A DNA stretch of 64,000 bases from Candidatus Kapaibacterium sp. (GCA_963664875.1 OY761611.1:404511-468510), one strand, 5' to 3'; counted from the stretch's first letter, positions 1-10,405 are shown. Program-made: numbers and translations. The notes: generated by a model not told the origin, from the letters alone.

Positions 1-300
1 AATGATTCCGGTATCGAAACATTACAATTTCTAAAGGATCTTGGGTACAATATTGTATCAATAGAAATAAACAAAGATTCTAAATCTATACTAGAATCTC
101 TTGGCAATCTTAAAAATCGAAACGTAATCGTATTTGGATCAGAGGGTGAAGGAGTAGATCAAACTATATTAGACTTATCTGATAAGGTACTTCATATTCC
201 AATGGATACATCTATAAATTCAATAAATGTAGCGGCTTCGAGTGCAATTGCTTTATTTTTGTTGAGCAAAAGTGTTAATTTCAAACAAAATCTTTTCTAA
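1..300 (+). CDS. TrmH/SpoU-family RNA 2'-O-methyltransferase, C-terminal fragment (5' end lies outside the window)
   Basis: Frame 1 is open to a TAA at 298-300. The translation ...VIVFGSEGEGVDQTILDLSDKVLHIPMDTSINSINVAASSAIALFLL matches the SpoU methylase C-terminal knot motifs. Confidence 0.6.
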   Translation, partial: NDSGIETLQFLKDLGYNIVSIEINKDSKSILESLGNLKNRNVIVFGSEGEGVDQTILDLSDKVLHIPMDTSINSINVAASSAIALFLLSKSVNFKQNLF

Positions 301-468
301 ATCTGCATCACTCAGACCGACACGTTTTGCGTTTTCTAAAAGAGTTCCCCATATTGGAGCACCGCATTTGATGCAGGCAATACCGTATTTCAGAAGCAGT
401 TCGATAGACTGAGGCACAACTTCGATTAAATCTTCAATATAAATATTAGCATCAATTTTGTGATTCAT
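253..468 (-). CDS. DUF1858-like redox-disulfide domain protein (71 aa)
   Basis: ORF with a CIKCGAPIWGTL motif typical of the hybrid-cluster-associated DUF1858 domain. Its start overlaps the upstream ORF (452-652) by 17 nt. Confidence 0.5.
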   Translation of the reverse strand: MNHKIDANIYIEDLIEVVPQSIELLLKYGIACIKCGAPIWGTLLENAKRVGLSDADLEKILFEINTFAQQK

Positions 469-652
469 TTTGCACCTTTTTTTTCGTTGGGATTGAAATG
501 ATTAGCCCGGTAAAAGCTCCATATAATGTACTAATATACCACGTTGACGTAATAGGGCATGAACCTGAATTACAACCTATAAAGTAATAATAGGAGTAGC
601 CCAACACCGCACCAACTGCAATACCTAAGATCATTTTTATGTATGTTTTCAT
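452..652 (-). CDS. small membrane protein with a CxxxxC motif (DUF6132-like)
   Basis: 66 aa with two predicted TM helices flanking GCNSGSCP. It sits between the thioredoxin and the DUF1858 gene on the same strand. Confidence 0.45.
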   Translation of the reverse strand: MKTYIKMILGIAVGAVLGYSYYYFIGCNSGSCPITSTWYISTLYGAFTGLIISIPTKKKVQNESQN

Positions 653-769
653 TTTTTGCCTATTTATACTTTAGACCATTGAAGTGCTATTGAATGATAA
701 AATTGCTAATCAATAAAATTTCAAATCTTACAAAAGGGCTGAAAAAGTATCCAGCCCTTTTAAAGTCAT

Positions 770-1135
770 TTAATTTACCGGCTTTTCTACACCAAGAACT
801 TCTTTAATCGCCTGTTCAAATCCTTCTTTAGGAAGAGCTCCAACAGACATTTGTGGTTTATCGTTTAAAGGTACAAACAGCACTGAAGGTATAGAACGTA
901 TCCCGAATACAGAAGCAAGTTCCTGCTCTTTTTCAGTATCGATTTTGTAAATATCCACTTTGCCGTCATATTCTTTAGACAATTCGTCCATGATAGGAGC
1001 AATCATTTTGCACGGACCACACCAATCTGCATAGAAATCGATAATACAAGGTTTATCGCCTTGAAATTCCCATTCTTTTTTATTTTCGTAATCGAAAACC
1101 TTTGAGAGAAAAGTCTCTTTTGTTAAAAATTCCAT
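770..1135 (-). CDS. trxA: thioredoxin
   Basis: WCGPCK active site and a thioredoxin fold pattern. Start is placed at the second Met (MEFLTK), which has GGAGT 6 nt upstream. The first Met is at 1159. Confidence 0.85.
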   Translation of the reverse strand: MEFLTKETFLSKVFDYENKKEWEFQGDKPCIIDFYADWCGPCKMIAPIMDELSKEYDGKVDIYKIDTEKEQELASVFGIRSIPSVLFVPLNDKPQMSVGALPKEGFEQAIKEVLGVEKPVN

Positions 1136-1293
1136 TGTAACTCCAAAATATAAGTTCATAATTTCTACTAAAGACGCAATATAAAGATAATATTGCTTGC
1201 AAGCAATATATTTATTTTTTGCATTTACGAAACTAATTGAAGATAGTATCGTATATAAGAAGTTTTAGATTTCATCATTATAAAGGTACATTT

Positions 1294-3348
1294 ATGTCTA
1301 TTATTGTAAATAATGCAAAAAAAATAGTTGCAATTGCAGCTTTAAGTTTTGCAGTAATGACCGGCTGTACAGAAAAAAAATTTGATTCTGTGCAAAACAA
1401 TAATGCTATAGATCCGGCTAATATGGATTTAAGCGTTAAACCTACTGAAGATTTTTATCAGTATGTAAATGGTATGTGGTTAAAAAACAATCCAATACCG
1501 AAAGAAGAAAGCAGATGGTCTGCATTTAATGTTTTGAACGAACAGCTAAATGACAACATCAAAGAAGTAATGGAAGCTGCTGCTGCAAAATCATCAAAAA
1601 AAGGAACAGTTGAGCAGCAGATAGGTGATTTCTATAAATCCGGAATGGATTTGAAAAAAATCAATTCTTTAAAAGCTGAACCAATTAGACCTTATCTGAA
1701 CATGATTGATTCGCTTACATCTTCTGATGAGATAATACCAATGATGGCGAAATTGCATTCTATGGGTGTGTCATCAGGTTTTGGTGTTTGGGCTATGCAG
1801 GATGATAAGAATTCTGACATGGTAATTCTGAATCTGTTCCAATCCGGATTAGGCTTACCTGATAGAGATTATTACACAGAGAAAAATCCAAGATTTGACG
1901 AGATACGCAAAGAGTATGTTAATTTTATAAATAACACTCTGATGTTATTTGGTCATACGAAAGAAGAAGCAAATAAACTTGCTCAGACAATAATGCAATT
2001 TGAAACAAGACTTGCAAATGCTTCAATGACTATGAACGAGCAACGCAATCCTGATAATGTATATAATCCATTTACGTTGGATCTAATGACTTCAACTTAT
2101 CCTAATATTGCTTGGAATGCCTATTTCAGTATGATAGGAACAAGTGCTTTAGATAAAATCAATATTCTTCAGCCAAAATTTATTGCTGAAATAAACAATA
2201 TGGTAAAAGATACTGAAGTTGAAACATGGAAGACTTATCTGAAATGGAATATTTCAAGAGAAAGCATGGATTACTTGTCTGAAGATTTGGTACAAGCAAA
2301 ATTTGATTTTTATGGCAAAGTCTTATCAGGCACTCCAGAAATGAAACCAAGATGGAAACGCGTCTTGAATAACGTAAACGGATTGTTGGGTGAAGCAGTA
2401 GGTAAAATATACGTTGACAAACATTTCCCTGCAGAAGCTAAAACAAGAATGTTGAAATTGGTCGATAATTTGAAATTAGCTTTTAAAGACAGAATTTCAA
2501 AACTTTCTTGGATGTCTGAAGAAACTAAGAAAAATGCACTTGCTAAATTGGAAGTGATGAATACAAAAATTGGTTATCCTGATAAATGGTTGGATTACTC
2601 TTCAATAGACATTACTGATAATTATTTCCAGAACGTTATGAACGCATCAGCTTTCTTAGTAAAACATAACTTAAGCAAAGCAGGAAAAGGAGTAGATAGA
2701 GACGAATGGCACATGACCCCTCAAACTATAAATGCCTATTACAGCCCTAATATGAATGAAATAGTTTTCCCTGCAGCAATTTTACAACCTCCGTTTTTCA
2801 ATCTTGAGGCTGATGATGCTGTTAATTATGGTGCAATTGGTGTAGTTATAGGTCACGAAATGACACACGGATTTGATGATCAAGGTTGTAAATATGATCT
2901 TAAAGGTAATTTACAAAACTGGTGGACTGATCAAGATTCTAAATCATTTGAAAGCAAAACAGCAATCTTAATCGATCAATTTGCTGCTTATAATCCGATT
3001 GGAGATATGCACATTGACGGTAAAATGACTTTGGGTGAAAACATTGCAGATAATGGCGGTTTGACTCTTGCAATCGAAGCATACAAAAGAACTGACGAAT
3101 GGACACAAAACGAAAAAATCCAAGGATTTACACCTATTCAGAGATTCTTCTTATCTTATGGTCAGATTTGGAGAAATAACATACGCGACGAAGAATTGAT
3201 GAAACGTGTTAAAGAAGATGTACACTCACCGGGCAAATATAGAGTTAATGGTGGGGTTGTAAACATTCCTGAATTCTACGAAGCATTTAGTGTTAAAGAA
3301 GGCGATAAAATGTATCTGGCTCCGGAAAAAAGAGCAAGTATTTGGTAA
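1294..3348 (+). CDS. M13-family zinc metallopeptidase (neprilysin/PepO-like), lipoprotein
   Basis: HEMTHGFDD (HExxH) and GENIADNGG motifs. Lipobox at the N-terminus (AVMTGC). Start is chosen at the Met preceding the signal peptide. Confidence 0.85.
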   Translation: MSIIVNNAKKIVAIAALSFAVMTGCTEKKFDSVQNNNAIDPANMDLSVKPTEDFYQYVNGMWLKNNPIPKEESRWSAFNVLNEQLNDNIKEVMEAAAAKSSKKGTVEQQIGDFYKSGMDLKKINSLKAEPIRPYLNMIDSLTSSDEIIPMMAKLHSMGVSSGFGVWAMQDDKNSDMVILNLFQSGLGLPDRDYYTEKNPRFDEIRKEYVNFINNTLMLFGHTKEEANKLAQTIMQFETRLANASMTMNEQRNPDNVYNPFTLDLMTSTYPNIAWNAYFSMIGTSALDKINILQPKFIAEINNMVKDTEVETWKTYLKWNISRESMDYLSEDLVQAKFDFYGKVLSGTPEMKPRWKRVLNNVNGLLGEAVGKIYVDKHFPAEAKTRMLKLVDNLKLAFKDRISKLSWMSEETKKNALAKLEVMNTKIGYPDKWLDYSSIDITDNYFQNVMNASAFLVKHNLSKAGKGVDRDEWHMTPQTINAYYSPNMNEIVFPAAILQPPFFNLEADDAVNYGAIGVVIGHEMTHGFDDQGCKYDLKGNLQNWWTDQDSKSFESKTAILIDQFAAYNPIGDMHIDGKMTLGENIADNGGLTLAIEAYKRTDEWTQNEKIQGFTPIQRFFLSYGQIWRNNIRDEELMKRVKEDVHSPGKYRVNGGVVNIPEFYEAFSVKEGDKMYLAPEKRASIW

Positions 3349-3376
3349 AATAGCCAAATCAGACAGAAGAATATCT

Positions 3377-3426
3377 TAAAAAAAAGCGTCCTTGTATTTT
3401 TTATGAAATACAGGGACGTTTTTTCA
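3377..3426. terminator. rho-independent terminator, probably bidirectional
   Basis: The arms cgtccttgtatt and aatacagggacg form a 12-bp stem with one G-U pair. An A-run precedes the stem and a T-run follows it. It lies between convergent genes. Confidence 0.6.
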
Positions 3427-3493
3427 TGTTTGATAGAGTCTTGCTATAAATAATAGGAAATTTGAAATCGAATAAAATATTCGCTTTGCGAAA

Positions 3494-5776
3494 TTAATTT
3501 ACATCTTCCATTGGCAAAAATATAGTAAAAGTTGTACCCTCGCCAAATGTTGATTCGACTCTAATAGATCCACCATTCATTTCTACAAAATCTTTACAAA
3601 GCAGCAATCCTAATCCGGTACCTGATTCGGCATTAGTGCCTTTGGTAGAATGATGTATATCTATTCTAAACAATTTATCGATGTCCTCAGGCTTCATACC
3701 AACACCACTATCGGATATTGATAATTTCAAATTTGAATTTTCTTGTTCCGCTGCAACAACTACGCTTGATTGAGCAAATGAAAACTTAATAGCATTGGAA
3801 ATTAGGTTTCGAAGAACAGTTTTGAGCATATTCTTATCAAAAAAGACTACGTGTTTAGCCTCTAAGTTATTGATAATTTTTACTGACTTTTCTTCAGCAT
3901 TTACATTTTGCAGTCCAATTACATTGTCTAAAACATCGTTAATTTCGAAGTATTCTGCAGCTACATTTATTTTGTTTGATTGAGCCCGAGCCCAGTTCAG
4001 TAAATTTTCTAACAAGTTGGAAAGGTGAAGTCCTGCTTTGTTGATACTGTTTATGAGATCTACAAGCTGTTCACCAGTCATTGACTTAAATCTATTTAAA
4101 AGAAGATCAGAAGATAAAACAATGGCGTGGAGAGGATTTTTCAAATCATGAGCAATTATAGAGAAGAACTTATCCTTAGTTATATTAGCTTCAATAAGGC
4201 CTTTTTCTTTTTCTTGCAAATCGGACATAGCTTCTTCGAGCTGTTTATGCTGTTGGTTGATTTTCTCATTTTTTGATTGTAGTTCTTCATTCGCTTTCTT
4301 TTTGTTGATATATTTCGAATAAATAAAGAAAATCATAAGTAAAAACATCACAGCCAAAGCAATGAAAGAGTTTCTTTGGATTACATTTTTTTGTTCTAGT
4401 AATCGACTTTCCTGCTCTTTTTTATTTGCTTGATATTTAATTTCAAGTTCTGCAATTGTTTTGTTCATTTTTTGATCTGACAGGGAATCATTTAGTTCAA
4501 CGTAAAGGCGATAGTTGTCTAAAGCAAGTTTATATTCCTCTTTTTGATAGTATAGCTCGTAAAACAATTTGTATATGCCAAGTAATTGCATTGGGTTTTT
4601 TGTTTCTAAAGCTATATAGTTTGCTTGCTGAGCATATTCAAAAGATTCTTTCAACATATTTTTTTTGAGATAGATTTCAGCAATAGTAGTAAGAGGGAAA
4701 AAAAGATTATCATCTTTTGCTGCAATTTTTTGATCTAAAGCTAAGCGGCAGTATTTAATTGCATTATCAAAATCACCAATTTCTTTATAAGATACACCAA
4801 GGTTATTATACAAGATACTCAGGTTTATATCTAATTTGTTATTTTGAATCAAAGAAAGTGCTTTTTGATAATATACAATTGAAGAGTCAACTTTGCTTTC
4901 TTTGTTGTAAATATTTGCCATATTGTTGTAAGCTTTAACCTGAGATAACAGGTCGTTTTGAGCAATTGCAATCTCAAGTGCAAGAAGTATATGTGATTTT
5001 GCCTTTTCGTATTGATAATCGAGAGTATATATTTGCGAGATTTTAAAATGGAAACTTTCGATATCTTCCGTATTTCCTGTTTCTTCTTTTAACTTAAGCT
5101 CTAAAAGCGAATATTTAATAGATTCCGAGAAATCATTTTTTCTTTGGTAAGCTTTGGACAAATCATGATACAAACCAATCCTCAATAAAATATCAGAGTC
5201 TTTTCCAATTTTTTGTAGTAGAGCATGGCGGTTAGATATAGCTTTATCTATGGAGTCTTGCGAGTAGTAAATTGTAAACAGTTTGTTATAAACTGTAACT
5301 AATATATCTTGGCTAATTACAGTATTGAGCACTTTTTCAACCTCAAGAATAGTAGATTGAGCTGCATCTGGTTTACCTGAGAGCAAGTAAATAGCAGCAA
5401 TATTTGATTTTACAAGTACTGAAAACTCAGGCATATTTGAATGCTCGGCTTGCTCGAATGCTTTTTGGTAAAATTCAAGAGAAAGATTATAATTTTTGTC
5501 GTATTGGTACAAGCGAGCAATATTATTATAAGCTATAGCTGTTTGATATTTATTCCCCTGACTTGTGGCTAATTTTATCGCTTGTTGAGAATAATCTATA
5601 CTCTTTTGGCTATTTACAAACAAATACTTCTCAGCAGCCAAATTTAGCAATACAACTTTATCTTTGGTATTTGCCAATTGTAACTGTTTTTCTAACAGTT
5701 GAAGAGAATCTAACGCATTGGTATTATATGTAGTTATATATAATAGGCACAATAGGGTAAGTAGAAATAGTTTCAT
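3494..5776 (-). CDS. sensor histidine kinase with N-terminal TPR repeats, a TM helix, a coiled coil, and HisKA+HATPase domains
   Basis: TPR-like repeats in the N-terminal half. FSIIAHDLKNPL H-box and N/G-box motifs (GTGLGL) in the C-terminal half. Confidence 0.8.
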   Translation of the reverse strand: MKLFLLTLLCLLYITTYNTNALDSLQLLEKQLQLANTKDKVVLLNLAAEKYLFVNSQKSIDYSQQAIKLATSQGNKYQTAIAYNNIARLYQYDKNYNLSLEFYQKAFEQAEHSNMPEFSVLVKSNIAAIYLLSGKPDAAQSTILEVEKVLNTVISQDILVTVYNKLFTIYYSQDSIDKAISNRHALLQKIGKDSDILLRIGLYHDLSKAYQRKNDFSESIKYSLLELKLKEETGNTEDIESFHFKISQIYTLDYQYEKAKSHILLALEIAIAQNDLLSQVKAYNNMANIYNKESKVDSSIVYYQKALSLIQNNKLDINLSILYNNLGVSYKEIGDFDNAIKYCRLALDQKIAAKDDNLFFPLTTIAEIYLKKNMLKESFEYAQQANYIALETKNPMQLLGIYKLFYELYYQKEEYKLALDNYRLYVELNDSLSDQKMNKTIAELEIKYQANKKEQESRLLEQKNVIQRNSFIALAVMFLLMIFFIYSKYINKKKANEELQSKNEKINQQHKQLEEAMSDLQEKEKGLIEANITKDKFFSIIAHDLKNPLHAIVLSSDLLLNRFKSMTGEQLVDLINSINKAGLHLSNLLENLLNWARAQSNKINVAAEYFEINDVLDNVIGLQNVNAEEKSVKIINNLEAKHVVFFDKNMLKTVLRNLISNAIKFSFAQSSVVVAAEQENSNLKLSISDSGVGMKPEDIDKLFRIDIHHSTKGTNAESGTGLGLLLCKDFVEMNGGSIRVESTFGEGTTFTIFLPMEDVN

Positions 5777-5943
5777 ATTATTTATAATAATGAAGTAAAT
5801 GGCACAATAATCGTTTAAAATAAGTCAATATCAGAATTATCTTTAGTCTTTTACTCTAAAGATTAACAAATATATAAAATTATCTGATATAATAAGAAAG
5901 GATTTCTCTCTCTCTACATCATTATTATAATCAAGGAGGATTT

Positions 5944-6306
5944 ATGGAATTATTCGTTGCCATTATATGGTATTTGAACTTGATGGCACCTAACACTGCT
6001 TATACTACGGCTCAGGTACAGTCAGTAGTAAATAACAATCCTGAAGTTGTTACAATAGCTAACGACCAAACTAAGTCTGCTGATATTTGGAGACAATTTG
6101 ATGCAGGATGGGAAATAGAAGTCCAAGGCGACATTTTAGAATGGTGGGAAGAAGACACTTCTTGCTCATATTCATTGATGGGTGATCGATTGCCACAGGA
6201 AAATGAAATCAGTGGAAAAACAGTTGGCAGTGGAGATACTAAGGAAGAAGAGAAAAAAGAAGAAACACCAAAAGAACCTGAAAAGAAAGAAGAACCAAAG
6301 AAATAA
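5944..6306 (+). CDS. hypothetical protein with a Lys/Glu-rich C-terminal tail
   Basis: AGGAGG lies 7 nt upstream of the ATG. 120 aa with no signal peptide. The tail is TKEEEKKEETPKEPEKKEEPKK. Confidence 0.45.
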   Translation: MELFVAIIWYLNLMAPNTAYTTAQVQSVVNNNPEVVTIANDQTKSADIWRQFDAGWEIEVQGDILEWWEEDTSCSYSLMGDRLPQENEISGKTVGSGDTKEEEKKEETPKEPEKKEEPKK

Positions 6307-6380
6307 GTATGAAAACTGTAATTAAGCTATTCCTTCAATTAGTTAGAACAAAACCACTTGCTTAATTACTTTGGCATGAG

Positions 6381-6410
6381 AAAGGGGAAGTATTAAATTA
6401 CTTCCCCTTA
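6381..6410. terminator. perfect hairpin (aaggggaagta / tacttcccctt), probable terminator
   Basis: 11-bp perfect stem with a 6-nt loop. It lies between the 3' ends of the 5944-6306 ORF and the TonB receptor gene. The U-tract is weak on both sides. Confidence 0.4.
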
Positions 6411-6452
6411 ATAATAACCAAAACTGCTACCAGAAATATTAGATCCAACCTG

Positions 6453-8729
6453 TTAGAATTCCAAATTTATGCCTATACTTGGTAAAATACCAAGAGATGA
6501 TTCTTTCAATTCTTGTTTGTTTTCTCTAAAATTCCAATCTATACCTGAAACATTTTTACGATTGTAAACATTTTGAATGTCGACATATGTAATCAGAGCT
6601 AATGAGCTAAAAGTCCAACGTCTGTCTATTCTCATATCTAAAGAATGGAAAACAGGCAATCGTTCGCCTTCATTATAGTTAGCGTAATCAATTTTGCCTT
6701 CGGACGTAAAATTAGTCGTAGGCACTCCGGTTGCAAGTCGGAATTTACCACTAAGCTCCCAATCAGGATTTATTCTCCATCCGAGTGCAAGATTCGCTAT
6801 AAATCTACTATCGTATTTGCTAGCTCTGTAGATGCCATCAAGTGATTTGAATTCCGATTTTTGAAGAGAAAGACTTAATAGTCCATAGACCGGAATTTCG
6901 CTTAATTTTTTTTGTATAAATAATTCAATACCATAAGCTCGACCTTTACCATCGTTATTTAAAGGCTCTAATCCAAACGGTATGTCTAAGCTTATGTCAT
7001 CAAATCCTCCGGGAGCTAAAACAGACTGTGGTCTATATAGCCTTGCAGGATAATTTGAGTATAATTTACCGTAAATTTCTACATGCACTTTCAAATCTTC
7101 CATAGGAGTATGTTCGTAAGCTAAAACAATCTGATCTGCCTGAATCGGATTTAGATTTTGATTCACATCACCTATAAGCCAAATGTAAGAAGGAGATTGA
7201 TAATATCTACCTGCACTCAATACCATTGTTGATTTTGGATTGATAAAATAACTAAAAGAAGCACGGGGTGAAATAAAAACGTTATCTTTTGTATAGTTGA
7301 AATAATCCATACGAAGACCGAATGAAAGTCTATGAGCACCCAGTTTTGCATTCAAATTTGCATAAGTAGCATTTTTGAGAGTATTAAAAGTGGTGTCAAC
7401 ATTTAATGGTTGTTGCATTCCAGCATTATCAGTTCTGATGTATCCCGGAATAAGAACATTATAGCTTTGGTTCAAACCATATTTGGTTTGATTTCCAAAA
7501 GCAAAGTCAAACTGTTCGTTTAGTTTTAAATCAACATCACCTTTGAAAATCATTTCTGATTCTTGCGAATCGTTTCTGAAGATTTCTACAAGATTAGAAT
7601 CATTTTGGAATGTAAGGAAATCAACAAAGGACTGCCCGATTGTAACAGTAGAAAAACCATTTTCAAACAAGTGTTTCCAAGTCAGCCCTGAAAAAAACTG
7701 AACCTGTTCTGGGACAGCAACTCGTGAATTATCATATCTGTCATCTAACTCTTCATTATTAAGTTTCACATCATTCAAGGCAGAAATAGCTACAAAAGAT
7801 ATAGAATTTTTAGAGTCTAATCTATAATTTATTTTTCCCTGAAAATCCCAATACTGTGGTATAAAAGAAAAGCCGGCTGCATCAAATATAAAATCCAGAT
7901 AACTTCTTCTGACACTAAATAAATATGAGCCTTGGTCGCTGATAGGGCCTTCGAGATTTAGTCCAAACCCTGTTGCCGAAAGATTTACTTTTCCGCCAAA
8001 TGCCTCTTCGTTACCATTTCTGAGAGTAATGTTTGTAATTGATGCAGTTTTATCACCATATTTAACACCGAAACCTCCGGAAGAAAAGTCAACATTATCG
8101 ACAAAGTCAATATTGATAATGGAAAGAGGTCCACCTGTTGAGCCTTGAGAACCAAAATGGTTAATATTTTGAACTTCAATACCATCAACTACAAAAAGAT
8201 TTTCAAAAGGGGCACCACCTCTGACAATCAAATCGTTTCTTCCTGCTGAAGTTACATTGACACCCGGCAATAGAGCAGTCGCCCTTACTACATCTTCCTG
8301 TACACCGGGAGCTCTTCGTATATCTTCACTATTTAGAGACTGTGTACTGGTGGATGATTCTATTCTTTTATTAAAATAACTAGCCCGTACTTCAATCTTT
8401 TCAGTTTGCGACACTCTGTCAACTAATTCTATTTCGATAAAGACAGGTTTTACTCCGCTAACATATATGTCTGATTTTACAAATTTTTGGTACGCTACAT
8501 TTGTGAATTGAACAGCCTGCATACCGACAGGCACATTTTTGATTTCAAATTTCCCTTCACGATTACTAATTGCTCCTAATTGAGTGCCAACAAGACGAAC
8601 TGTTACCCCTGGTATAGGGCTTTTAGTCGAAGAGCTGTATATCTTTCCTGTAATAGAACCGAGATTCTCAGCATTTGAAAAGGAAATAAATAATAAAAAT
8701 AGGAGTATTGAGAAAAATGATAATTTCAT
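6453..8729 (-). CDS. TonB-dependent outer-membrane receptor with an N-terminal carboxypeptidase-regulatory-like domain
   Basis: Signal peptide, a CarbopepD_reg-like N-terminus (VTVRLVGTQLGAISNREGKFEI), a plug domain, and a beta-barrel ending in a C-terminal F. Confidence 0.8.
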   Translation of the reverse strand: MKLSFFSILLFLLFISFSNAENLGSITGKIYSSSTKSPIPGVTVRLVGTQLGAISNREGKFEIKNVPVGMQAVQFTNVAYQKFVKSDIYVSGVKPVFIEIELVDRVSQTEKIEVRASYFNKRIESSTSTQSLNSEDIRRAPGVQEDVVRATALLPGVNVTSAGRNDLIVRGGAPFENLFVVDGIEVQNINHFGSQGSTGGPLSIINIDFVDNVDFSSGGFGVKYGDKTASITNITLRNGNEEAFGGKVNLSATGFGLNLEGPISDQGSYLFSVRRSYLDFIFDAAGFSFIPQYWDFQGKINYRLDSKNSISFVAISALNDVKLNNEELDDRYDNSRVAVPEQVQFFSGLTWKHLFENGFSTVTIGQSFVDFLTFQNDSNLVEIFRNDSQESEMIFKGDVDLKLNEQFDFAFGNQTKYGLNQSYNVLIPGYIRTDNAGMQQPLNVDTTFNTLKNATYANLNAKLGAHRLSFGLRMDYFNYTKDNVFISPRASFSYFINPKSTMVLSAGRYYQSPSYIWLIGDVNQNLNPIQADQIVLAYEHTPMEDLKVHVEIYGKLYSNYPARLYRPQSVLAPGGFDDISLDIPFGLEPLNNDGKGRAYGIELFIQKKLSEIPVYGLLSLSLQKSEFKSLDGIYRASKYDSRFIANLALGWRINPDWELSGKFRLATGVPTTNFTSEGKIDYANYNEGERLPVFHSLDMRIDRRWTFSSLALITYVDIQNVYNRKNVSGIDWNFRENKQELKESSLGILPSIGINLEF

Positions 8730-8849
8730 GATAGTAGTTCCGAATTAGTTTATACAATATGCATTAAACGTTAGATTAATTAACCTATTGCATAAAATAT
8801 TATTCTCATTACCACGCATTATAACTAAGTATATATAGGAATTCTTGAT

Positions 8850-10394
8850 ATGAACAGACGAAATTTTATTTCTTTGAATTTTGACGAAAAAAATGATAAT
8901 TCTCAATTATTAGAAGCAAAAACAAGCAAACTAACTAAAAGTGAATCTTATCATTTACTTCGTCGTTTGGGGTTCGCACCGACAACTGATTTGGTTGATG
9001 CGTTGGTTGACAAGCTACCGGAAGAGGCAATCAATATGATTTTGCCAACTGATACTGCTGAAGCAATACCTGATGGTGTAATTGATAAATGGATAGATAC
9101 GCCTGACGTTGATCCTCTAAAAGAGGGAACTGTGGAGCTGCGTTCTCAAGCAGAAGACAGGCTCAAAGGAAGATATTCAGAATTTGGAGAATGGTGGCTT
9201 GACCTAATGAGGCTTGAATCAAATGGTTTGCGAGAAAAGATAACTTTGTTTTGGAGTACTGTTTGGACTATAGAGTTTACATTTGACACTCTTTCTCTTA
9301 TCCCGCCACCACTTATTTACAGGAACAATCAGACCTTAAGGAAGTATAGACTTTCAGATTACAAGACAATAACCGAAGAAATGATATTAGATGGTGCAAT
9401 GTTGCTTTATCAGTCGTTGAATTACAGTACAAAAGAAGCTCCAAATGAAAACTTTATGCGAGAGCTGATGGAACTCTTTACAATGGGTGTCGGTAATTAC
9501 TCTGAGGGTGACATACGTGAAGGCTCAAGAGCATTAACAGGTTGGAGAACTGCTGCTTACGCACAGGAACCTCATCCGAACGGGTATCATCAGACATATT
9601 TTGACCGTGACAGTCACGATACAGAAGCAAAAACAATAATGAATGTCGCAATTCCTGCAATAGATGATGCTTCCAATAACGAGTTTCAGGTTAGAGAGAA
9701 GGAAGTCAGAGGTTTAGTTAATATACTTTTTGATAAACGAGGTTTAGCTATAGGTAAATTTGTTGCCGAAAAAATGTATAAATACTTCGTTTATTCCAAT
9801 CCGGGTAAAGTCGATAATGACTTTATTTTAGAGCTTGCCGAAGTCTTTGTAAACAGTAATTTTAGTACCTTAGAAATGCTCAAAACGATTCTAAAAAGTA
9901 AGATATTTTATTCGACTGACTTAGTCGGAGCTCAAATCAAAACTCCACCTGAATATATTGTCGGATTAGAAAGATTGCTTAATATTAACTATAGCAAAGC
10001 AAGAGAAGCAGTATTTGAATTAGAGCAAATATTATATGATCCACCTAACGTTGGCAGTTGGGCAGGATATCGAACATGGGTTTCTACTAAGACTTTTCCT
10101 TTGAGAGTAAAACATGGTTTGGCTATGTTAAATGCTAAGTCTGACAATGAGTTGATGGAGATAATCAAAAGCTTTGATGGTTTTGCAGATGTGGATATGT
10201 TAATAGAAGAATTCTTGATGCATTGGCTTCCTGTAGAAATAACACAAGAACGAAAAGATGTTTATCTGAACCTTTTACTCGACGGAATAGAAAAAGCTGA
10301 CTGGGCAGAAGCAATCAACAATAATGCTGTTGCAAACGGAATACGTGCCTTGATTACGGCAATCATTAAATCACCAGATTTTCAATTGACTTAA
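8850..10394 (+). CDS. DUF1800-family protein
   Basis: Size and position are right for DUF1800: it lies immediately upstream of the DUF1501 gene, which is the conserved pairing. The N-terminal LLRRLGFAPT region resembles DUF1800. The Tat-like motif MNRRNFISL has no hydrophobic core. Confidence 0.55.
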   Translation: MNRRNFISLNFDEKNDNSQLLEAKTSKLTKSESYHLLRRLGFAPTTDLVDALVDKLPEEAINMILPTDTAEAIPDGVIDKWIDTPDVDPLKEGTVELRSQAEDRLKGRYSEFGEWWLDLMRLESNGLREKITLFWSTVWTIEFTFDTLSLIPPPLIYRNNQTLRKYRLSDYKTITEEMILDGAMLLYQSLNYSTKEAPNENFMRELMELFTMGVGNYSEGDIREGSRALTGWRTAAYAQEPHPNGYHQTYFDRDSHDTEAKTIMNVAIPAIDDASNNEFQVREKEVRGLVNILFDKRGLAIGKFVAEKMYKYFVYSNPGKVDNDFILELAEVFVNSNFSTLEMLKTILKSKIFYSTDLVGAQIKTPPEYIVGLERLLNINYSKAREAVFELEQILYDPPNVGSWAGYRTWVSTKTFPLRVKHGLAMLNAKSDNELMEIIKSFDGFADVDMLIEEFLMHWLPVEITQERKDVYLNLLLDGIEKADWAEAINNNAVANGIRALITAIIKSPDFQLT

Positions 10395-10405
10395 GGAAGA
10401 ACGTT

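Noticed and set aside
3795-4668. Plus-strand ORFs inside the histidine kinase gene
   Set aside because: Antisense shadow ORFs with no RBS and no recognisable fold.
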